Assembly: GCF_009914755.1 (NCBI RefSeq)
Contig: NC_060928.1
From: the human T2T-CHM13v2.0 reference genome, Homo sapiens
Strand: one strand, 5' to 3'
DNA length: 64,000 nucleotides
The position numbers and the translations under genes are program-made. Below, piece by piece: positions 28,768-42,109 of this stretch; within the stretch, counting starts at the first letter, position 1; each line of letters starts with the position of its first letter. The notes beneath the pieces were generated by a model that worked only from the letters and a program-made list of their open reading frames with translations, made no database searches and was not told the origin of the DNA.

Positions 28768-30066
28768 TGAAAAGGTTTGGCTGTGTCCTCACCCAAATCT
28801 CACCTTGATTTGTAGTTTCCATAATCCCCACATGTGGTGGGAGGGACCCAGTGGGATGTAATTGAATCATGGAGGTGACTTCCCCCGTGGTATTCTTGTG
28901 ATAGTGAGCAGGATCTCACAAGATCTCATGGTTTTATAATGGGTTTCCCCTTTCACTTGACTTTCATTCTTCTCCTTCCTGCTGCCATGTGAAGAAGGAT
29001 GCATTTGCTTTCTCTTTTGCCACGATTGTAAGTTTCCTGAGTCCTCACCAGCCCTGTGAAACCGTGAGTCAGTTAAACTTCTTTTCTTTATCAATTACTC
29101 AGTCTCAGGCAGCTCCTTTTTTATTCCAATAATCACTTTATTTTTTAAATTTCATCTTTTAATCCTCAAAACACTTTTACGTATTAGAGTCAACCTCTTA
29201 AGTAGCATTTCTTAAGTTACTCTCGTACAGGTGGTATTTGTTTACATGAGTAAGTTCTTTAGTGGTGATTTGTTAGATTTTTGGTGTACCCATCATAAAA
29301 AGGAGCCCACATAGCCAAAGCAAGACTAAGCAAAAAAACAAATCTGAAGGCATCACACTACTTGATTTCAAACTCTATTATAAGGTCATAGTGTCACCAA
29401 AACAGCATGGTACTGGTCTAAAAATGGCACATAGACCAATGGAACAATATAGGGAACACAGATATAAACCCAAATACTTACAGCCAACTGATCTTTGACA
29501 AAGCAAGCCAAAACATAAAGTGGGGGAAGGACCCCCTTTTCAACAAATGGTGCTGGGATAATTGGCAAGCCACATGTAGGAGAACAAAACTGGATGCTCA
29601 TCTCTCACCTTATACAAAAATCAACTCAAGATGGATTAAGTATTTAAACTAAGAACTGAAACTATAAAAATTCTAGAAGATAACGTTGGAAAAACCCTTC
29701 TAGACATTGGTTTAGGCAAGGATTTCATGACAAGAACCCAAAAGCAAATGCAATAAAATCAAAGATAAATAACTGCGACCTAATTAAAGAGCTTTTGCAT
29801 GGCAAAAGGAACAGTCAACAGGGTAAACAGACGAACCACAGAGTGGGAGAAAATCTTCACAATCTATACATCTGACAAAGGACAAATAACCAGAATCTAC
29901 AATGAACTCAAATCAGTAAGAAAAATACAAACAATCCCATCAAAAAGTGGACTTAGGACATGGATAGACAATTCTCAAAAGAAGATACACAAATGGCCAA
30001 CAAACATATGAAACAATGTTCAACATTGGGCAGTTCTTTATACCAGCATGAGAATGGACTAATACA
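28768..30066 (+). mobile_element. THE1C/D LTR (MaLR), split by L1PB
   Basis: tgaaaaggtttggctgtgtcctcacccaaatctc start; ends gagaatggactaataca; 5-bp TSD gcaac/gcgac. Confidence 0.92.
29117..30027 (-). mobile_element. L1PB1-like insertion with 5' inversion
   Basis: 3' end on minus (29117-29296), ORF2 on plus (29297-30026); TSD ggcag(c/t)tc. Confidence 0.88.
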
Positions 30067-30225
30067 GCGACTATTCTATAAAATGCTTGGCAGTTTCCTA
30101 TAAAGTTGAACGTGCAGTTGAACATATAAAAAAGTAAATAAATGAATAAATAAAGCCCTTCCCTACCCTTTGACCTAGCAATTATATTCCTCAGGATTTA
30201 TCCAAGAAATATTAAAATATGTCTA

Positions 30226-30555
<330 letters not shown>

Positions 30556-31047
30556 TCATCAATAAAAAGAAGAAAAACTGATTTCTTTACTATTTGTAAA
30601 TCTCATAGATAATTTGATGAACAAAATAAGCCAAAGACAAGAAAGTACATATGATAAGATTTCCCTTATACGAAGTTCTAAAGTATTCAAAACTAATTTA
30701 TAGTGAAAAGATAATCTAACTGTGGTTGCCTAGGGTTTGCGGGGGTATAGGGAGATATAATTTACCCCTATGGCAAATGAGAGAGTTCTTTGGTTTGAAG
30801 GAAATTTTCTATATCTTATTATTGTTATTCATTGCACGAGTATATTCACTTGTTAAAACTCATTAAACTCAGTGAATTTCAATGTGTGTAAAGAAGTAGA
30901 CAGGTAGTAAACTCTAGTTAATATATTGAAAATAATGAAATCCATGTTTCTCACTGCTGAGAGAGTTTCAGTATTGGAAAGGGGAAAACTAATATATACT
31001 ATGTGATGTTGGATTGAAAATATCAATATTTATTTACATCATATATA

Positions 31048-31049
<2 letters not shown>

Positions 31050-31086
<37 letters not shown>

Positions 31087-31170
31087 CAGAGAGAGAGAAA
31101 GAGAGACAGAAAGAGAGGGAGAGAGAGAAGGGAGAAAGAAGAAGAGGAAAGGCAGGAGAGAAAAAAAAGA
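31050..31170 (+). repeat. (TG)n followed by (GA)n/purine tract
   Basis: Directly visible. Confidence 0.95.
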
Positions 31171-32327
31171 ATAAGCACACCCAGCATTCATATTTAAATA
31201 CCATTTCCCACTAAAAGGATCCATGGCTTAATGGAGAAATGGTTACCATTTTCAGGGCTAGAAAAGAGCAATATAAGCCTGGAGCATCTTGTTGCATTGA
31301 GGAAGATGAGCTCAAAGAATTAGGGAAATATGTCAAAATGCACAAGTCAGTTTGACAGGGCTCCCTCTTGTCATATTCAAAGTAAATATTGAAAGGATTG
31401 GATTGAAATAACTCAATAAAGTAATAAATCATAAACCCATACTCATAGAAGTAAATAAATGAATAAATAAATAAAGCCCTTCCCTACACTAGAGTGCCAA
31501 ATAATAAGCATAGCAGAAATGATATATTTGAAATTAACAGTGGATGCTAAACTTACAGGGTAGTTGTTGATTGGAAAGACATTGTTTCAAAGTATCTCCA
31601 AAAATCTACTCATTAACTTCAAAGGAAAAAGTGTAATAATATCATTCAATAATGTAGGTAATACCACCTGAACCAAAATAACAAACATAGCATAATCAAA
31701 ATTGGGACAAACAAAATTGTGTCTAATAAGAAACTCAGAGAAAGACAAAACATCATTACTTCTGTTAATCTAATCATGAGGAGGCACTGGACAGACCTAA
31801 GGTGGGAGATAGTCTACAAAATAACCAGGCCTGTCCTCTTAAAAAATGTTAAACTCAATACATAGAAAGAAAGACTGAAATATGACAATTAAATACAATA
31901 TGCAATTGTGGAATTTGTTTCTGGAAAAGAAAAATAGCTATAAAATACATTATTATGAAACTTCATTGGATATAATATTGTCTGTAGATCGGATAATTTC
32001 CTTATTTTTCCTAGTATTTAAAATTTTTCCGTGGTTTTGTAAGAAATTGTATAATTTCTTAAGAAATATGAACTAAATTATTTAAGGTTAAAGAATCAGA
32101 ATACTTTCAGCTTACTATAAGATACATACAAAATCTGTATGTATAAAATTAATACACTATAAGATACATACAAAATCCTGTATGTGTAAAATTAATACAC
32201 AGATATGTAAATGGTCTAAAATGAAACAAGCATTGCATTTGGATAAAGGGTATATAAGACTTCCTGACACGATTCTAGCAACTTTCCTGTAAATTTGAAG
32301 CTATTTCAAAATATAAACTATGCCCCC

Positions 32328-32905
32328 TGTGATGGTTAATATTAAGGATCAACTTGATTGAAGAATTCAAAGTACTGTTCCGGGGTGTATCTGTGAGGGT
32401 GTTACCAAAGGAGATTAACATTTGAGTTAGTGGGCTGGGAGAGGCAGACCCACCCTCAATCCAGTTAGGCACCATATAATCAGCTGCCAGCCCAGCTAGA
32501 ATAAAGCAGGCAGAAGAACATGAAAGGACTTGACTTGCTGATTCTTCTGGCCTTCATTTTTCTCCTGTGCTGGATGCTTCCTGCCTTCGAACATCAGACT
32601 CCAAGTTCTTCAGCTTTTGGACTCTTGGACTTACATCAATGGTTTGCCAGGGGCTCTTGAGCCTTTGACCACAGACTGAAGGCTTCACTGTCTGCTTCCC
32701 TACTTTTGAGGTTTTGGGACGCAAACTAATCCACCACTGGCTTCCTTGCTGTTCACCTTGCAGACAACCTACCGTGGGACTTCATCTTGTGATGGTGTGA
32801 GTTAATATTCCTTCATAAACTCCCTTTTATTCCTTAATAAACTCCCTTTCATATATACAAGTATCCTATTATTTCTGATACTCTAGAGAAACCCAGACTA
32901 ATGCT
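32328..32905 (+). mobile_element. MLT2A (ERVL) solo LTR
   Basis: tgtgatggttaatatt...aaggagattaacatttgag...ctctagagaaacccagactaat. Confidence 0.92.
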
Positions 32906-33589
32906 CCCCCTCCAAAAAAAGAAAAAAAAAGAAACCTGGTATAATCTCAGATCCCCTTCCCCACTCCACAGTCAAGGAGGGTGCTCTCCCATCTCCTACC
33001 TACTCACCCTTGACAGGATACTTGAGAATTATTCTCTTGCCTAGGTAAAACAGTATCTGTAGATCGGGAAACACAGACCTGACTTATCATAGGTAGCATA
33101 GTGTAAACTGGAAATAAATGAGAATTTACTTGATGAAGATGGAGACTCCATTATCATTTCATTCATACCAGCCTTCTTCCTCATTTTGCTTTCAAAATGC
33201 TAGCATATAGGTGGAAGGGTGAATCTAGTCTCTCTTCACCAGAATCAAAATTTAAGAATTGGTGATTATAGAGATCTCTGACATAATCCCAAGGTTTTGT
33301 TCACATTGGAGCACTGTAAGGCTGAGTAAAACCTTTCTCCAGCCTTTCCCATCTCAATTAGTAACAACCGCATTATTGAAGTTTCACCTGCCCAAACCTC
33401 GAGCACCATCATTGACTCTTTTCTTTCCCCACCACACATGTTATCCATCAGTAGATCCTGTGAGTTTCAGGCTTTTTCAACTTTTGTCTTTTTGGAATGC
33501 ATTGCTTTTCCTCAGTTATTCCTTTCCCCATCCAAAAGAAATGGGTGTAGCTTCATCTATTCTGCATTTTTACTTAGCAATTTTTACCT

Positions 33590-33762
33590 TATAACTTACA
33601 ATATGAAATTTTTATTTCTTATGTTTAAGGTATGTCCCTGTCATTTAATTTAAGCTACAAAGAGTCAGGAGTGTTTTTACTTAACTGTTAATTAATGTAT
33701 CTTGAGTGCATTGAATAATTCTGTTGACACAGTAAACGCTTAGTATTTGTGGAATAAATGTT
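33590..33762 (+). mobile_element. L2 3' end
   Basis: cacagtaaacgcttagtatttgtggaataaatg. Confidence 0.6.
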
Positions 33763-33924
33763 TCTTTTCTACACAATTCTAATTTAAGGAACACCTATTC
33801 CATTTGAATCTAAATTATTAGATTTACTGAAAAATAAGGTTTTAGTAAGATGTTTATACTTGGACTAACATTTTGGGCTTTAAACTATTGCTGTTATTTA
33901 TTTATCATTTTTGTATTTGTTAAT

Positions 33925-34050
33925 CTTTGTGCCAAAATGTTTACAATTAATCTTCCAAACAACTTTACATTATCGTAACAATTTTATGTATGAAACAAAT
34001 CTAGGCTCTTAGACGTTAAGCAAATTGCCCAAGGACACAAAGTCAAGAAA
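33925..34050 (-). mobile_element. MIR fragment
   Basis: ggctcttagacgttaagcaaattgcccaaggacaca. Confidence 0.6.
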
Positions 34051-34057
34051 TTAATAA

Positions 34058-36270
34058 CTTTTTAAAAACTTTTTATATGAATACAATTTACATACATAAA
34101 ACTGGAGAATCATAAGTATAAAGCTAGATTAATTGTTGTGAAATAAATATACTCATCGAAGCACAACCTAAGACAAGAAAAACAATTGGATAAAAAACTG
34201 CTACTGTGATTCCTTGTTTAAAATCTCTACTTCTCTACTCTCCAAAGACAACCACTATCTCTTAGCACCGTGGATACTTTTCCATATTTTTGAAATTTAT
34301 ATAAATGAAATCAGATATATATTGTTTTGTGCCTTGATTTCATTTAACACTATATTTATAATCACTGACTAATACTCTATTTGTATTGCTATACGACAGG
34401 TTGTTTATCCATTCACCTATTGAAGAACATCTCAGATGCTTTCAGATTTTGGAATTATGAATAAAACACTATGAATATTTGCATGCAGGTTTTAGTGTGA
34501 ACCTAAGTTTTTAATAATTGGGTAAATACATAAGACTGTAAATGCTGGATTAAATGGTTTAGCTTTTTAAAAAGCTGCTATACTGTGTTCTAAAGTGGCT
34601 AAATCATTTTGCATTGCAAACAGCAATGAAGGTGAATTCCATTTGTCTGCATCACCTGCAGCAATTGATATTGGTTTAAATTTTAGACATTCTAAATGAT
34701 ACATAGTGTTATCACATAGTTGCCTTAATTTGCATTTTCCTCTAAACAAATAATATTGAGCATCTTTCATATGCTTATTTGCAAAAATGTATTTTCTTAG
34801 AAAGGGTTTCTGTTCAGATTATTTGCCTCTTAAAATTGTCCTGGTGCCTTCTCTTTTAGAATGTTATTAATTGTTGAATCAATTTTAACAGGTATTAAGT
34901 TTTTAATAGATTACTTATTACTATTTTGTGTAAGTTTTGGTAGTTTGTGTCTTTCAAGAAATAACTACTTACATTTCATTTAATTTATGATAATTGTGGA
35001 CATAGATTTATTCATAGTATTCTTTTATTATTATTTTAATGAATATTTATAGGATATGTTTAATATCTATGGACCACTCTTTCATTTCAAATATTTTCAA
35101 TTTATGTATTCTCTCTTTTCATTCTCAATTAGCTTGGCTAGAGATTCCTTAATTTTATTGTTCTTTTCAAATAATCAATAAATTGTATTTATTGATTTAC
35201 TCTATAGTTTTCCTGTTTGCAGTTTTCTTCAATTCTTCCCTGATTTTTATTATTTCTTCTGCTTGATTTCAGCTATAATTACTCTTCTTTCTCTGGAACT
35301 TATATGATGGAAGCTTAGGCTATTATGTTTAGATTTTTTTTCTTTTCTAACATATGCATTTAATGTTAATTTCTCACTAAACACATCTTTCATTGCATCC
35401 AACAAATTTTGATAAGTTATAGTTCTATTCTGATTTAGTTTGAAATATTTTAATTTCTCTTGACATTTCTTTTATGAATAATATTTAGAAGTGTGTTACT
35501 TAACTTCCAAATATTTGGAAATTTTGAGCTATTCTCATTGAATTTTTGTTGTTGTTTAATAACACTCTGCTCTAAAAATGGATATTGTGTAATTTTAAAA
35601 AAATATATTTTATATGTTTTATGGCATCAATGTGATCTATCTCAATTATTTATCATGTGATATTGAGAAAAATATGTATTCAGCTGTGGTAAGACAATAT
35701 TTTATAAATGTCAATTAGATCAAGTGGATCAGTAGGTCTGTTCAAATCACTTATATCTTTACTAATTTTTTTGCCTGCTTGATCCATCAGTTATTAAAAG
35801 AGTGGTATTTATCTACAACTATAATCATGAATATGTCTATTTCTCTTGGTAGTTCTGTCAGATATTGCCTCACATATTTTGATACTGTTTTTATTGGCAT
35901 ACACATTAAGCAGTATTATGCCTTCCTTAAGCACTGGCCTTTTAACATTATGTAATCTCCCTCCTTGTCTCTAATAATAGCCTTTATTCTAGAGTCTACT
36001 TTGAAATTAATATAGCTACTCCAACTTTGTTTTTATTAGCAAGCACCAAATGTTTTTCTCCATTCCACTGTATTTAACCTATCTGAGTCTTTATAAAAGT
36101 GGGTATCTTGTACAAAATGTATAGTTAGGTTTCTATTTAAGTCCACTTCATGGTCCTTGGCTATTAATGTCTCCCATTTTTGGTGTATTTAGACAATTCA
36201 CATTTGAAGTGATTATTACTGTATTTAAATTAGTATATATTATTTTTGTAATTGTTTTCCTTTTTCATTT
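34058..36270 (-). mobile_element. Old L1M fragments (3' UTR and ORF2)
   Basis: tttatccattcacctattgaagaacat; ttgaaattaatatagctactccaacttt; ggtgtatttagacaattcacatttgaagtg. Confidence 0.8.
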
Positions 36271-36289
36271 TTGAAGTCTTTATTTCTTT

Positions 36290-36975
36290 AATTACAAAAA
36301 CCTAACCTACCCATATAAATCCATAACTACAAAAGCGTATAGAGTCTTCCTCGACTCCAACCCCTCACCTCACACCCTTGATAGAAAAGTTTGATTTGTA
36401 TACTTTCAAGTGATTTTTCTGTGATGTACCAACAAATAACATCGTGGTGGGGCTTATTGTTTGTACAAGATTACACTACGAGTCTGCAACTTAATTTTTT
36501 ACTTAGTAATAAGTCCTGGATTCATACAGATAGATCTTTTCTGTTCCTTTTAATACATGCATAATAGTCCTGAGCATGGATATACTATGTCTTTTTAAAA
36601 AATCCCTGATTGATTGATTTAGGTTGCTTTCAATATTTTTGGCATTGCAAAAAATTCTGCAATAAATGTATTTGAGCACATAGTGTGCACAGTGACATGA
36701 ATGTTTCCAAATGAGATGCCTAGAAATGGAGATGCTAGGCATCTCATTTGAGTATGTACATGTTATGCTCTGGTAGATCCTTTGCTCAATGGTTGCACCA
36801 ATTTCCCCTCACACCAGCAATGGATATGCATGTTCATTTCTCCACATCTTTTCCTAAACTCCATGTTATCATTTCTATGGTTTTTATCAGTCTGATGGAC
36901 TCAAAAAAATTTTTTTATGGTAGCATCTTGTTTTTGTTTGCATTTTAAAAATTTTTGGTAAGATTAAGTCTCTAT
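36290..36975 (-). mobile_element. L1ME-like 3' fragment
   Basis: atttaggttgctttcaatatttt; ttgcaccaatttcccctcacaccagcaatg. Confidence 0.65.
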
Positions 36976-38027
36976 GTGGTCCTTGGCTATTAATGTCTCC
37001 CATTTTCAATATCTCTAATTATTAAAAAATTATTCTTGCTGTTGATTCTATATCTTACTTTCTATACATTCTACTTATTGATCTTAGTTATGTTTCTGAA
37101 CTCAAATGAAGTAGGTCTGCTCTAACCACTAAATGGCAGTTCAAATATTTGGAGAGTTCTACCAAATGTCCTTCTAGCCTACCCGTCTTTAGGCTAACAT
37201 CCTTAACTCCTCTCTCCTATAAGAGTGATTTTGAAATAGTTTGAAATTCTAAGTTCTGCCTTCTGGAATACCCTGGTTGTCAATGTCCCCTTTTAAAACA
37301 TTTCTTCAGAACTAATTACAGAACAATGGCATATATGTTCTGATAAGTGCTGGGTACAATAGAAACTATCATTTTTTATTATAATAATGTAAGTTTAAGT
37401 TTGGAATCCATTTTACTTGAGTGTATAGCCAATTAAACAAAAAAGGTATATTTTTGCATGGTTGACTTTTAAATCTCATTTCTTCCTTTTCCTATTATGC
37501 AGTGGATGTTTTTCAGCTTTGGTACAGGTTTTTGTATTTACTCCACTCAGGCAATCATCTACTATTTTTGGATCTTTGTTGGGGCCAATGGATTATTTAT
37601 TTTTTAGTTATTTTGTGTAGCATATTAGTGACTCTTACCATTTTATCTTTTGTAGCTTTAATAGGCAAATTTTTATTTTAAATATAGTAAGCAGAAAAAG
37701 GCCAAACGTAATCTTCCTTCAAAATCTGCATATATCCAGCCTCCTCCACATCCTTTGGATTTGGTCATGGAAGTAGCTCATTCTCATTCTCAGCCCACAT
37801 TTCTTCATTTAGGCCAGACAGAAATATGGTATGACCTTTTTGGAATGTGATCTAAATAAGCTTAATTTCTGATTTCACTCTCATACCCCAGTCCAATAAC
37901 TGCCAAATGAAGAAAATAAACCTAATTGAACATAGCTTTCATTGTAATGAAACTGTGCTAGGTCTCTAGTTATCATGACTTTCTATCTCTTTAAAGGGTT
38001 ACATAAGTTTTTAAAATTTTTAAAAAT

Positions 38028-38160
38028 TTTTTTTATTTCAATGGGTTTTTGGGGAACAGGTGGTGTTTGATTAGATGAGTAAGTTTTTTAGTGGTAATTT
38101 CTGAGATTTTGGTGCATCCATCACCAGAGCAGTGTACCCGTACCCAGTGTGTAGCCTTTT
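38028..38160 (-). mobile_element. L1PB 3' terminal fragment
   Basis: tttatttcaatgggtttttggggaacaggtggtgtttg...gagattttggtgcatccatcacc. Confidence 0.88.
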
Positions 38161-39320
38161 AACATTCTATGCAGGAAAATTTGCCAGTGATAATTTTTTT
38201 CAATTGCTCTTTGAGAAGGTTTTTATTTCTTCCTTACATTTGAAGAAGAATTTTGCTGGAGGTAGAATTCTAGTTTGGTGAATTTTTTCCAACACTCTAA
38301 ATATTTTACTCCAGTTTCTTCTTGTTCACCTGGTTTCTGACAAGATGGCCAACATATCCTTATTCCTCTATAGGTAAGATGCTCCCCATACCCCAGCCTT
38401 TTCTATGATTTTATCTTTGTCTTTGGTTTTCTGAAGTTTGAATATGATGTAATTAGGGTGTTTTTTGTTAGTTTGGTTTAGATTTTTTACAATTTATTTT
38501 ATGAATGTTCTCTGAATTTTCTAGATCTGTGGTTTTGGATCTATCATTAGATTTGGAACATTCTGAGCCATTATTACTTCAAATACTACTTTTGCTCCAT
38601 TCTTTATCTCTTCTTCAGTATTTCAAATGTGTATGCAAAAGATTTGAAATGGTCCCATTGTTTTTGAATTTTTTTGTCTTTGAATTTAAAACTTTCTATT
38701 GAACTATCCTCAAGCTAATTTTTCACTCAACCATATGGTCTAATAATGAGCCCATCAAAGTCAATCTTCATTTCTATTTTAGTGCTTTTGATTTGTAGCA
38801 TTTAAAAAATTTTCTTACAGTTTCTGTTTTTCTCTTTAAAGCATCCATCTGTTTTTTCATGCTGTCTACTTTTACCATTAAATCCCTTAACATACTAACC
38901 ACAGTTGTTCTAAATTCCCTGTCTGATAATTATAGCAATTTTCTCATATCTTAATCTGGTTTTGATAATTGCCTTTTCTCTTCAGATTGTTTTTTCTTGC
39001 CTTTTTTGTCATGTCATTCAATTTTTGGTAAAAGTCAGATATGTTGAATTGAGTAATTGGAACGAGGTAAATACACCTTTACTGTGAGCATTTCTGTTAA
39101 TTTGATTGTGAGTTGAAATATTTAATGTTTGTTGCAGCCATGGGCACTAGAGGCTTTGAATTATTTTAGTGTGCTTGGTTTTGTTTCTCCTCTTGAATTT
39201 GGACTTCCCTAAGTACTTTGCCTTAGAGAGGTACTGTGTTATAAAGCTCAGATGAAGCTCACAGATAGTATCCAAGAGCTCTGTTGGTGGTATTCTTGCA
39301 CCCAACCCCACACAGAGGAT
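38161..39320 (-). mobile_element. Old L1M ORF1/5' region
   Basis: tttatttctccttacatttgaagaagaattttgctgg; taatgagcccatcaaag; aaattccctgtctgataat. Confidence 0.75.
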
Positions 39321-39392
39321 GGAAGCTCTACCCAAGTCATGGCAGGCTCAGGGTACTTGGCTGGGTTGAGTTTAAAATCATAAAATTCTGGT

Positions 39393-39640
39393 GATAGCGT
39401 GGCATAGAAATATGAGCACTGGCCTTGAAGCCACACACTGTTGGGTTTGACACGCAGCTCTGTCATCTACCATCTGAGCAGCCTAAGGCAAATTACTTTA
39501 GTCTCTCTGAACATCAATTTCCATAACTGACATAGAAAAATTAAAACGTTCTTTTAAGGTTGTTGTAAGATATTGATGAGACAAAGTATACATGCAAAAT
39601 GCCTTGCTCAGAAATGTCATTAGTGTTCAATTAATATTAT
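39393..39640 (+). mobile_element. MIR (near full-length)
   Basis: tRNA-like head gcgtggcatag...gggtttgacacgcagctctgtca; core ggcaaattactttagtctctctgaacatcaatttcc. Confidence 0.8.
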
Positions 39641-39957
39641 TATTAGTGGATTAATAATTTAATAATTTTATCATATCAGAATCTTTTCTACTTCTTTACA
39701 TACAGATAATTATAGTTTTATATGGCTTTATCCTCTTCTTTTTAGGTATGTTTGTGTGTGTGTGTGTATATATATGGAAAAAATAACTTTTATTTGAAGA
39801 ATCTGAACACTTTAAACTGCTTGGGTCCAGAGAGACATTAAAACGAGACAGCAATCACATGCTATGTCCCCTCTTTTTAGCTATATATTGATCTATTGAA
39901 ACTGCTTGGTACTGCCACAACTAGCTATGAACTAAAATAATAATGCTGCAAGATGGG

Positions 39958-40030
39958 ACTCTGTAATTTGAATATATAAGCACGTCAAGTGATTTTGATG
40001 CAGGTGCTCTAAGAAACATTTTGAAATGTC
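39958..40030. mobile_element. MER5-like fragment
   Basis: caagtgattttgatgcaggtg...acattttgaaa. Confidence 0.45.
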
Positions 40031-41372
40031 TAGAAACATTAGGGTTCTAATGATGGTGACTGAAATCCTGGAAAGGCTTCTGAGAAGGACTGGGAAGTAT
40101 TTCAAACAAATTTTGAATATGGAACAGGTACTGTCTGGTTACGATGCTTCAGTATTTCCCTACTGAAAATGTTTTTAGAGTTTAAATACCCTGCCAAATG
40201 TTTCCAATGCTTCTACATACTTTGCACTTAAAATTCTTAATAGAAGATACTTAATTTGCTTATATAGAGTGGAAAAGTGGTGGATGGAAAGAAATGTAAA
40301 ATGGTTTTGCATTCAGTGTTATCCCATAAACAAAGGTAAAATGGAGCAAATTAATGTTTGGGGTTAGAAAGCTTTAAAAATTCAGATATACTTTGTATAG
40401 GGTGCAGATGAATAATTTAAGTTTATTAAAGTGGTTCTGCTTTAAAAATGTGTCATTTTGAAGAACATTTTTAATCAATAGTTTATTAAAGCAATATTCT
40501 ACTGGATATATTTTATCTCTGGAATTTAAATATTAATGTGACATATATTAATCTGTACTATAATACCAATTATAATAAAACACTCCACATAAGGCATTTT
40601 CTTACTTTATTATGTCCTATTTCATGAGATAATTTCTCATATCTTCTGATGTTTAAAGCACTATAATTATAAAGTGAATGCTACTCCAAACTATGTATAA
40701 AGTGTAGCATCCATAGCCATTGATGTCCCTAGTTTTACGGTTGTGTCTGTGATTGCAACAAAAAGAAATTACGTGGTAGTTTGATGTTTAGTGCAATGTA
40801 TATTTTTGTTAATTTTAACATCCCCTATGAGAAGCCTCCAGAAAATTAGAGTGGAAAGCTATGATGATTCCTATTATTTTCAAGCTGTACATTCTCTCTT
40901 AGAGTAAGAAAGAAGAAATACATTTACACATAACACAGACACCCACACAGCACACACAAACAGCATGCATTAGTAATTTGGGACACTTTTTGCAAGTTAA
41001 ATATTTTGTTTTGTTTTTCAAAGAGTAACCCAATCCAGTTTGAACAACTCAAAGTACTCATTTAGAAAAAAAAAAAAATGGGTGGCAAATAAAGACAATT
41101 TAGAATACCTGAAAACTGAGTGTGGATTAAACAAAGAACAGATATGTGGGAGACCTGTAATGTTGGGCTGCTAACCATCAGTATTCAAGGGAAGGAATAA
41201 TGTGGCCTTCCAGGAACAGAAACATACAAATCTTGGTCCTGCTCCTAACTCTTGCTGCTTCTGCTGTTGATATAGCAATATTGTTAATAACAGCCAACAA
41301 ATTTTAATGCCTTTTTTTTGGAAAAGACTCATTTTGTTTCCTGTTTTAAATTGATCCCCCAAATTGACCTTT

Positions 41373-41374
<2 letters not shown>

Positions 41375-41409
<35 letters not shown>
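41375..41409 (+). repeat. (CA)n microsatellite
   Basis: Directly visible. Confidence 0.97.
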
Positions 41410-41411
<2 letters not shown>

Positions 41412-42109
41412 ACATATCCTATATCACCATTCTTTAACTTGTACTCATTTTCTAAATCTTTAATGATTGGAACAACCCTTCCAGAAACCTTCCGTTACTA
41501 CCTTAAACTATATTAGATCCTTAGTGATGGGTTTGGCAGCACAATACTCATACTCCATCACAGCACATATGTGCCTATTATTTGTTTTCTCCAGAAGATC
41601 ATAAAAACTGGATGACGGAGGCTATAGCAAGTTGTCTGGCATATCTGTGGAGCTCAGTAGTTTGTAATTAAATTGAACTCTACACAACAACTACATGAGG
41701 CATGTTTTACTCACCATTGATCATAGAAGCAAGGCATGGGCCCAAGTTCACTCAACGCATATGTAAAGGGGGAAGTCCCTGAAAACAAACCTGGTGGTTC
41801 TAAATGAAGTTTTCTTTGCCAGTACAGAGTCTGGCCTTTTGAATAGGCACAGATCTGTCCCTCAATATCTCATTAGAACTTCCTTACATTTACACTGAAA
41901 TGTCCACTCTTAGAATTCCAGTTCCCGGATTTTTTTTACTTCACTCACTTTTCATTGATTGAGGATTGATTGATTTTTAATATCATGTGTCTTTCATGGG
42001 AACTAGCTGGTTTGCTTTTAAATTTTATAGACTTCTCTTTTAGAAGTGCAGGTGCTCCTAAATTCATGGCGCATTACCATCATTGATTCACTCAGCAACA
42101 TCCTGTATT

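Noticed and set aside
39810-39950. Possible ERV LTR fragment
   Set aside because: Looks repeat-like, but I cannot assign a family from sequence alone
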